A stretch of 64,000 bases of DNA from Eledone cirrhosa (Eukaryota), in assembly GCA_964016885.1 (NCBI GenBank), contig OZ024742.1:267282001-267346000 (forward strand), given 5' to 3'. Shown here piece by piece: positions 57,929 through 64,000 of this stretch. A model generated the notes under the pieces. The model did no database searches. It saw nothing but the letters and a program-made list of their open reading frames with translations, and was not told where the DNA came from. The position numbers were made by a program, and so were the translations under genes. Positions within the stretch are counted from its first letter, which is position 1; each line of letters opens with the position of its first letter.

Positions 57929-60150
57929 CACTGGTCAACACATTTTGCTGACTTAGGTTTTGCTGTTGTGTTTAGCTAATTTCGAGGGGCTGATTTTATA
58001 TATGGTATCCATTCCCCCCTAACACGTCAAGTTGTAATTCTATAGTACATCCCTATTCTATTATGCGCTGTATGAATAATATAATTTACTTAGGATGTTA
58101 TAATTTCAATAGAATAAGATAGATGAAATATAAGGCATCACTTTTTATTAAATACATATTGTTAATTCTCAAATGAAATGGATAAAGCTCAAACAATCGT
58201 ACACTACCGAACATATTCATGGACCAAATGTTCGCTTACAAGAGGGCCTGGAGTGTTTCCACTCTATACAGTCTCTTTGAATACTCCATCATGTTGTCTG
58301 CCAACATGTGTGCGTTTCATCTACCTTGATATCTCTCCTCCTTAACCTTGACATCTTGATGGAAGCATTCGCCATTCTCATCGCTCACGTCTCCCAGATT
58401 AGTAGAAGATTTATCAAGATGGCTCATGAAGAAATGAATCTTTAGGCTCATGTTGCAACCTAAAAGATGAAATCTATCAAGCAATGTCGTTGACAGCCTT
58501 TTTGCTGCGCCCAAATCCTTTCACAATAGACACAAATGAATCCCATGCTCTTTTTTCTACGTCAGTTATCGAGCTCGAGAAGTTTTGGCATTTCATTACC
58601 TTTCTGATTTGTATCCCGTCAAAATCACCAGCTTTTATTTTAAGCCAGGAAATATTATACATATGAATTTGAAACATTCACCCTCCATATTAAGAGCTTT
58701 GACAAACTACTTCATTATTCGTAGTTTAATATGAAGGGGTGGAAAGATGGTTTTCTCTCACCCAACAAGTGGTTGGTGTATGATATTCTTCTCCCCAACA
58801 GTCAAACTATTTCTAACTGGCCAGTGCTCCTGTTCCCAATATTTGTCTTTCACTCGGCTATCCCATAAAGACAGGAAACACGGATATTTTGTATACTCTC
58901 CTTATTGGCCAAGTAAAAAGTTTCAGATCCACACATATGTCCCATTAGTGTTCACCATACTTGAGTAAATCTAATAGAGTTTTTATGTTTCCATGCTTCT
59001 CTTTTACGTGCACTGAGTGATCCATAGAAATTGCACCTAACAAGTTTTCATTATGGAGTAATACACATTTTAGACTCTTCTGTGAACTTGATAAAGAGTG
59101 TCCATTCATGGATTATACTGTAGAGCACCCATCACTTTTAACATTTCCATCACGTCACAATTGTAAGCAAAATCTTTTTCAGTTTTAAAGCATGTCAACA
59201 GATCTTTTTCCCTGTTCCGATAAAAATTTACATTCGAATCTTTATGCAGCAAGTTCTCTTTAAGTCTAGATGCTAAGAGTTCTGATAACTCTTTTGACAG
59301 GCCTAAGTCTCTAACTAAATCATTGAGTTTTGCATGGTTGAAGTTTTCACGTTCCTTGGTTGCTGTATCTACAAAGTCTCATGCACATATATCACTTTCA
59401 TCTTCTAGTGAAGGTAATCCTGTGAAAATGGGTACTGGTACTTCATATGAGCGAAGCACGGGTCGAATTGCTAAAACCAGATTTGGGTAAGTTATTTTCT
59501 GTTTAGTTTTCTTGCTATAACCAGAGGTCTTTGTGAGACAAATGTAGCAATCTTCTGCATGGTTTCATTGCTCCGGCCATAGCATAGGAATACCAAATGC
59601 TAGTTGTTTCCTTGTGCCTTTTGTTTATTGGCGTAGATTTTCGACACATGATTTACATTACGCGGGGCCCACGATTTATCCAGATCACCAAATTTATGCT
59701 TAAAGTAAGCCAAGTATGCACTTTCCACAAATTCACTTATCTTCATTCTTTCACTTGGTACTGTAAAACTATTGCATTTATAGCAAAAAGTGTCAGGGGA
59801 ATGCAAACATTTTCTTCGTAATGAAGCCATGCTACAGAACACCTGCTTTATTTCTTAAGATCAATCTGAAAAGAGGGAAATTAATTATTAGATATAATAT
59901 ATTTATATATCTAGGTGTATCTAGATAGATAAAAACATGTCTAAATACATAGATAAAATAATATATCCACATAAATTATTAACTATGATGTCTGTTGTAG
60001 CTATGCGTGAGGCCAATGTGGACCAGCCCATAGATAAAAAAAATTGACGCGGTAGATAAATGTATTTACAATTTTAAAGTCACCAGCCCCAAATTACTCA
60101 AGAACAGGTTTCAAACTTAGGTCAGCTGAAACAAAGCAAATTTAACCTGG
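57929..60150 (-). mobile_element. Decayed DNA transposon, TcMar-m44-like
   Basis: CLHSPDTFCYKC, AYLAYF..GDLDKSWAP, LGCNMSLKIHF.MSHLD, SDENGECFHQD..RYQGR; degenerate TIRs 57929-58040 / 60040-60150. Confidence 0.8.
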
Positions 60151-63100
60151 TTGGTAATTGAACTCATGACAAAAGGAAGTCAAATATGCACCAATCGCGT
60201 TTCATCCAACTTTCTAACGTCTCTGCAAATTCACCACAGGGTGCAAACTTTAATGGTAAAAGTAAATATATCTTAAAACAAACACTTTTTATAAGAACAT
60301 TTCATGGTTTTTATGTAGGTTTTAACAAGAACGAGAGAGAGAGAGAGAAAATAGGGCGAGAAAGAGGAAGGATAGAGCCAGAGAGATACTAAGGTGAGAG
60401 TTAGAAAGAGGGAAAAGAAGATACAGGCTAAAAATGTTAAGGACTAAAGAACAACAAAGAGAGAGATAATTACACTTGGCCTAATTGTTTGGCCAAAATT
60501 TTACTTATAGAGAACATAAAGAAAATATGGGAATGTGGAATATTAAGATATTGTAATCATATTGGAATATTTAGCAAGATGTAAGAAGGTGTTGATAAAA
60601 ATATATAAATTACCGTATACAACCGAATCAAACACAACATAATGTAATTAGTATGAGAATACGATCTCTAAACATTAAATATAAATCAAATTAATCATCT
60701 AAATTTCTGGCGTCCGCCTGGAAATATTGCATCTTGTAGTACATTAGATATACGGTCAACATCCAACTGAAAGCTTAATACAGTTGAAGAACTGAAAGAA
60801 CCTGATTAGTGTTTTGGTGGTGGAAAGAGCAGCCAAGTATCTTTTAAAATAGATTTTTCCTTGTTTAAAAGAACGCAACCATTAGCAATATAATCTCTAA
60901 CATACAATAGATAGAATCACTCGGGTCGCAATACTTTTGAACATAGGTGTTTTCTTTAAAGTAAGATATGGTTTTAAATATCTACAAATATTCGAGATTG
61001 TGAGCTCTCCTCCTTGTTCTACTCATTATGTACTTTTAATTAACTTGTATTCGTATTTAAGGTGGTGAATTAGAACCTCAGATATGATTGGATATTAATG
61101 ATATTTGTGGTGTTTTTTTGAATTTAACATTGATTTGAAATTTCATAATTTTGTATAAAGTAATAATAAAAAAGGGCTTCGTATCATTTTCCACATTTTG
61201 CGTTTCAGTTCCTCTCGTGACAAAATCTCCTTAAGCTGAATGAACCATTAACTATACCTCGAATGAAATAGGTTGCGTGGAGAGAGAAACATGCATTCAT
61301 GGGTACCTGCTCGTCCAACACAAACATATTGTCCAGGCTTGCACCTTGGAGAAGAACATCCCAAATGCAGACCAATACTACAACGAGACATACGGAGTTC
61401 TGGATATATATATGCTTATGTTTGGAAATATTACACTGACGTAGATACTGGATTGAACAAATATTATGGGTTTACATACGGTTTACAAGCTGATTTCAGC
61501 ATTCGTCAAATTTATCTTGGCACTAGATGTATCAGTAAACTGTGCAATAAATATTTACAGCCAAATAAACAAGGTCACTGTTAATTAAATCCTTCAACCT
61601 CGATGTATGGAGAGTGGCCTCGATACAACACGGCTGTTTTCATTGACTTGTATTTGCCCTCATACGATAATTTGATCTCAGTAGTGAGTGATTCCGAAAC
61701 GGTGTTACACGTAATTAGAGTAGGTTTGTATTTCTAACAACTGGAAAACTATTTATACTTCATTCGATATGTTCTATTAATTTTGCCTCTCTTCTACAAA
61801 CTAATGCATATACTATGTAAAATAGGTAAACTGAATGTAGTAATAGCACCTATGAGTTTCAAATATATAAATGAACTCACGTAATATATTCATTCACAAG
61901 AATATAATCTATGTTTGTTTGCTTCTTTGCATGTGTGTGCGTGTGTGTTTGTACATGTGTGTCACCTTGTGGTTCTGGATTTTAGTGTGTCAAATAGCAT
62001 GTATGTTTGCCTGGGAGAATGAGATTGCCTGTTTGCGAGATAATATGCGTGCACGATTAAATACGTGTTCTTTGTTTCAAATGAGTAAGTGCATGTGTAC
62101 ATGGGTTCTTGTGGGAGTGAACCAGTATTTGGTAAAGTGTGTATGTGTAAGAACTTTTGCGTGATAGTGCGTTTGTTTCTGTGTCAGTCATCATGAATGT
62201 CTTTTAAAGTCTGTGTTTCTGTGTATTCTTACACAGAAGTAAAGGTTTGTCTCGTTAATAATAACCTTCTGGTAAGACGAAATGATTGATAAGTTCTGTT
62301 CTAAGACATTCCAGGGTGGTGATGTTAATGAGATATATTGGATAAAATAATAATAATAGATGTAGCCATCATTTCCTTTCTTCTTGCTTTCTAAATGTTC
62401 CTTGGACATATCATCGTAGATCATCCTTCGATAATTGGCCAAGTTCGTGAGCTGGCGGCAAGGAATTTATCTACGGTATAGACATTCCAACAAAGAATCC
62501 CTACCAAATCATGCAATCATAACTTTCCAACTTACTGATTTGCTGAATGTCAGAGCACTTTTACTCTGGTTTTAATAATACTTCATCCGATTGCCATTTG
62601 GTTACACACATCACATATACACACACGATTACACAAAATCACAATTACATACGTAATCTGACATCCATACACACGAAAACACACGTACACACTCATATAA
62701 ACGAACACATTATTATGTATAGTTGTGATGTTACTAGTTAAGACCAGTAAATCCATTTTCAGCCCTGTACTTTACCCATAAGAAAGTAGAATGCAGGTAA
62801 TATAACGATTTTCTGCCCTACCGTTGAGCTCTTACCGCTACAACATCAAGCAGATAATTGAAGGTGTTCCATCATTTGGTTCGTCCCAAAACTCTCATCG
62901 GAGCGTGGTTATGGTTTGATTAATATTTATTGGGCGGGATAGGGAATAAAATGCACAATGGGGGAAGTAGTGAGTATGGGGGATAAGGGTTTTGAAGTTC
63001 TCAAGTTATTTTTAGTTTTAAAGTTTTGTTTTATGCTGGCTGTTTAGTGTTTATTTTAAATTGAACGAATAAAAGTTTCAAAGTTTCTGCCCGCACGAGG

Positions 63101-63549
63101 GAAGCAAGATGTGCTATAAACCTATTAATGTAGAAACTTTGATTTGTATTTTTTCTTGAATGAAGTGTAGTTTTGTGTGATGTATGTTTGTGCTGTGTAT
63201 ATGTCTTTTTCGTGTGGGGCGTTTACGGCCGTAAAATTCTGTGGGATTTTAATTCATCTTTAATGGATGCACCAGACGTCGGAACGGTTGAAATAATTAC
63301 ACTCGCTGAGAATAATTGTTAAGGCTAGCCAAATGACCTGCTGACATCAAGCAACCAAGGAGCTCTGTGGTGCCCGGCACGTCTTTAAAGAAATTCCTTT
63401 AATCATTATATTTTCTCTTTTCTCTATGTAAAAATATTAGGAATGCACAAATTCCAATTGGAATTTGATAGATTTATAGACACATAGATAAGTAGTCAAA
63501 TAGCTAACACCATAACATAAATACTTAGTTACCAGTGTGTAGATTTTCT

Positions 63550-64000
63550 ATATGAATACAACCACAAGGATACGGTCCGAACGTGGAAGGGCCGAACTCC
63601 CACTGTCATCGCCTCTATCTCTCTCACCCGCCCATCTCTCTGTATGGTGAGCAAATGGGGTCCCACGTGCTGACCTTCCTACAGCTCCGGCGGACAGAAT
63701 GGAGAAGGATGGTAAGGGAGATGCGCTGGAAGAGCCATTCCATCTCGTGATGTTCACACCTGAGACATGGTGAGTAGGGAAGTAGACATAGGACCAAGGA
63801 CACCAGAAGTCTCCACTGCCAAGGGCACGACCGCAAACCTGTCGGAGAGCGACCGGTAGTTGGAGAGTTTCCCCTCCTCAGTCCCAAGCCCGACGTGCAG
63901 CAGAACCTGGGTTAGTCGCAGACAGCACCAGGTTGCGGCTGGAGAAAGTGTCGCTGCAAGTGGCATCCCAGACTAGGGGGTTGCCACCGCGGAACGACGG
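63550..64000 (-). mobile_element. CRE-clade non-LTR element 3' end (REL endonuclease)
   Basis: GNPLVWDATCSDTF, VPLAVETSGVLGP, WLFQRISL. Confidence 0.75.

Noticed and set aside
60690-62530. Short ORFs (103, 97 and 83 aa) as host exons
   Set aside because: No recognisable domain or consistent splice pattern; a translated search would be needed

Overview
This is repeat-dominated eukaryotic DNA with no clear host protein-coding gene. The tRNA-SINE families and dense (TA)n/(CA)n/(AAT)n microsatellites suggest a cephalopod, probably Octopus (inference). From 1 to 31 kb, (TA)n tracts separate Penelope-like (PLE) fragments, about 8 hammerhead-ribozyme motifs, several fold-back palindromes, MITEs, a Helitron, and a decayed RTE LINE with its non-autonomous derivatives. 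From 31 to 55 kb there is a ~23 kb array of five co-oriented (minus-strand) Tx1-clade L1 elements joined through (ATT)n repeats, interleaved with SINEs and two parts of an R4/Dong element. One Tx1 copy is nearly intact but has D-to-N at the first catalytic RT aspartate. The right end holds a possible host promoter/exon, a decayed TcMar-m44-like transposon and a CRE-type LINE end. The two best candidates for undescribed systems are the hammerhead-bearing tandem/fold-back mini-elements (retrozyme-like) and an (ATT)n-targeting Tx1 family with conserved UTR hairpins. Coordinates were read by eye and family names come from recalled motifs, not database searches.
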